This document shows positions 62,180-63,158 of a DNA stretch of 63,158 nucleotides, in pieces. The notes under the pieces are model-generated. The model made no database searches. It saw only the letters and a list, made by a program, of their open reading frames with translations, and was not told where the DNA came from. The first letter of the stretch is position 1. The number at the start of each line of letters is the position of its first letter. The translations under genes were made by a program, and so were the position numbers. Source of the DNA: an uncultured Ruminococcus sp. (GTDB lineage: Bacteria > Bacillota > Clostridia > Oscillospirales > CAG-272); assembly GCA_964622425.1 (NCBI GenBank), contig CAZUQN010000004.1, positions 1 through 63,158 of the forward strand, read 5' to 3'.

Positions 62180-63158
62180 ATGGAAGAAAAGAATATTCTT
62201 ACAAACGAAAACGAAGTTCTCCTTGAAAATGCTCCCGAGGTAGAAAACACCGAGGTAGCTATTGATACTGCTGAGACTGCCGCAGTTGCAGAAATTGCAG
62301 ACGAGACTTGCGAAATGGTCGAAACAGAGACCGTAGAGTCGGCAGAGGCTGTGTATGAAGCAGTAGAGAGTGAGATCGTAACAGCAGAGTCGGAAGTCAC
62401 TGAGGCTGAGACCGAGGACACCGAGGTGCCCCTTGACAGAAACGTCAAGCTCATGTCTCCCATGCAGATGGTTATCCGCCGCTTCTTCCGCTCCAAGCTC
62501 TCTATCGTAGGTCTTGTTATGATAGTATCCCTCTTCCTCTTCAGCTTTGTCGGTCCTCTCGTTTACACGAGATGGGGCGAGATCGAGCTTGACGAGTCGG
62601 GTACAGTATCATACACCACTCAGGAGATAGAGGTCGTCGGCGAGGACGGCACCGTAACCATAATCAAGCAGACTGTCGAAAGACAGGAGAAGGATAACTA
62701 CCTCGCTCCTCCCTCAAAGGATCACCTCCTCGGCACCGACGAGCAGGGCTACGACGTATTCACAAGACTTATGTACGGCGGAAGGATCTCTCTGTCCGTA
62801 AGCTTTATCGCGGTGCTTGTTATCACCGTGCTCGGCGTTATACTCGGCGGTATCGCGGGATACTTCCGCGGCTTTGTCGACAATCTCATAATGAGAATAT
62901 GCGACGTGCTTATGTGTCTGCCCGGTATTCCTATCCTTCTTATCATCAGTACGCTTCTTGAGGCGGCAGAGGTTGACGCTAAGTACAGAATATACTGGCT
63001 TATGGTCTACCTTACCCTCTTCTCCTGGCCCGGCACCGCGCGTCTGGTACGCGGACAGATACTCTCTCTGCGTGAGCAGGAGTATATGGTGGCTGCGGAG
63101 GCGGTGGGTTACTCCACAGGAAGAAAGATCTTCAAGCATCTTGTTCCCAACGTTATGC
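62180..63158 (+). CDS. ABC transporter permease, OppC/DppC-like, 3' end truncated by the window; ~95-aa acidic N-terminal extension
   Basis: Not in the ORF track because there is no stop before the window end. My translation from ATG 62180 (RBS AAGGAGG) gives MEEKNILTNENEV... then ...HLLGTDEQGYDVFTRLMYGGR...EAVGYSTGRKIFKHLVPNVM, which are typical OppC signatures. Confidence 0.85.
   Translation, partial: MEEKNILTNENEVLLENAPEVENTEVAIDTAETAAVAEIADETCEMVETETVESAEAVYEAVESEIVTAESEVTEAETEDTEVPLDRNVKLMSPMQMVIRRFFRSKLSIVGLVMIVSLFLFSFVGPLVYTRWGEIELDESGTVSYTTQEIEVVGEDGTVTIIKQTVERQEKDNYLAPPSKDHLLGTDEQGYDVFTRLMYGGRISLSVSFIAVLVITVLGVILGGIAGYFRGFVDNLIMRICDVLMCLPGIPILLIISTLLEAAEVDAKYRIYWLMVYLTLFSWPGTARLVRGQILSLREQEYMVAAEAVGYSTGRKIFKHLVPNVM

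Overview
63,158-bp chromosomal window, probably from a Gram-positive anaerobe of the Clostridia. That placement is an inference from GGAGG ribosome-binding sites, many lipobox signal peptides, hairpin plus T-run terminators and ferredoxin-type genes; there is no taxonomic marker gene, and GC looks roughly balanced by eye but was not computed. I found no transposase, integrase, phage, CRISPR, toxin-antitoxin or rRNA genes. Left to right: (1) a small lipoprotein gene, then a tRNA-Arg(CCG) with its own promoter and terminator, then an unusual ~270-nt array of ten short hairpins joined by a conserved 10-nt linker. (2) Two tandem 642-aa heparinase II/III-like paralogues. (3) A ~26-kb block of eleven consecutive minus-strand genes. 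Its upstream half is a tightly coupled operon: membrane protein, MoxR AAA+ ATPase, DUF58, BatA_N-VWA, double-VWA, lipoprotein. Its downstream half is four large lipoproteins of 784, 1165, 1731 and 1448 aa, built from Cys/His-rich ~28-aa repeats, beta-sandwich modules and PPC-like domains. (4) A TetR regulator divergent from a complete shikimate/aromatic amino-acid operon. (5) A thiol-redox cluster: a 1190-aa lipoprotein with a TlpA-like redoxin domain, a NapH-like polyferredoxin fused to an extracytoplasmic thioredoxin, and a CXXC membrane protein. (6) An operon encoding a 2759-aa S8 protease/LRR surface protein followed by an atypical Opp-type peptide ABC transporter, truncated at the window end. 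Three intergenic regions carry a related mosaic repeat family made of AAATGCR heptad runs plus GC-rich hairpins. The best candidate for an undescribed system is the Bat-like MoxR/DUF58/VWA operon physically and translationally linked to the Cys3His-repeat lipoprotein family, possibly served by the nearby thiol-redox module. This is a hypothesis from gene order and sequence motifs only. All homology calls come from motif recognition by eye, not database searches.
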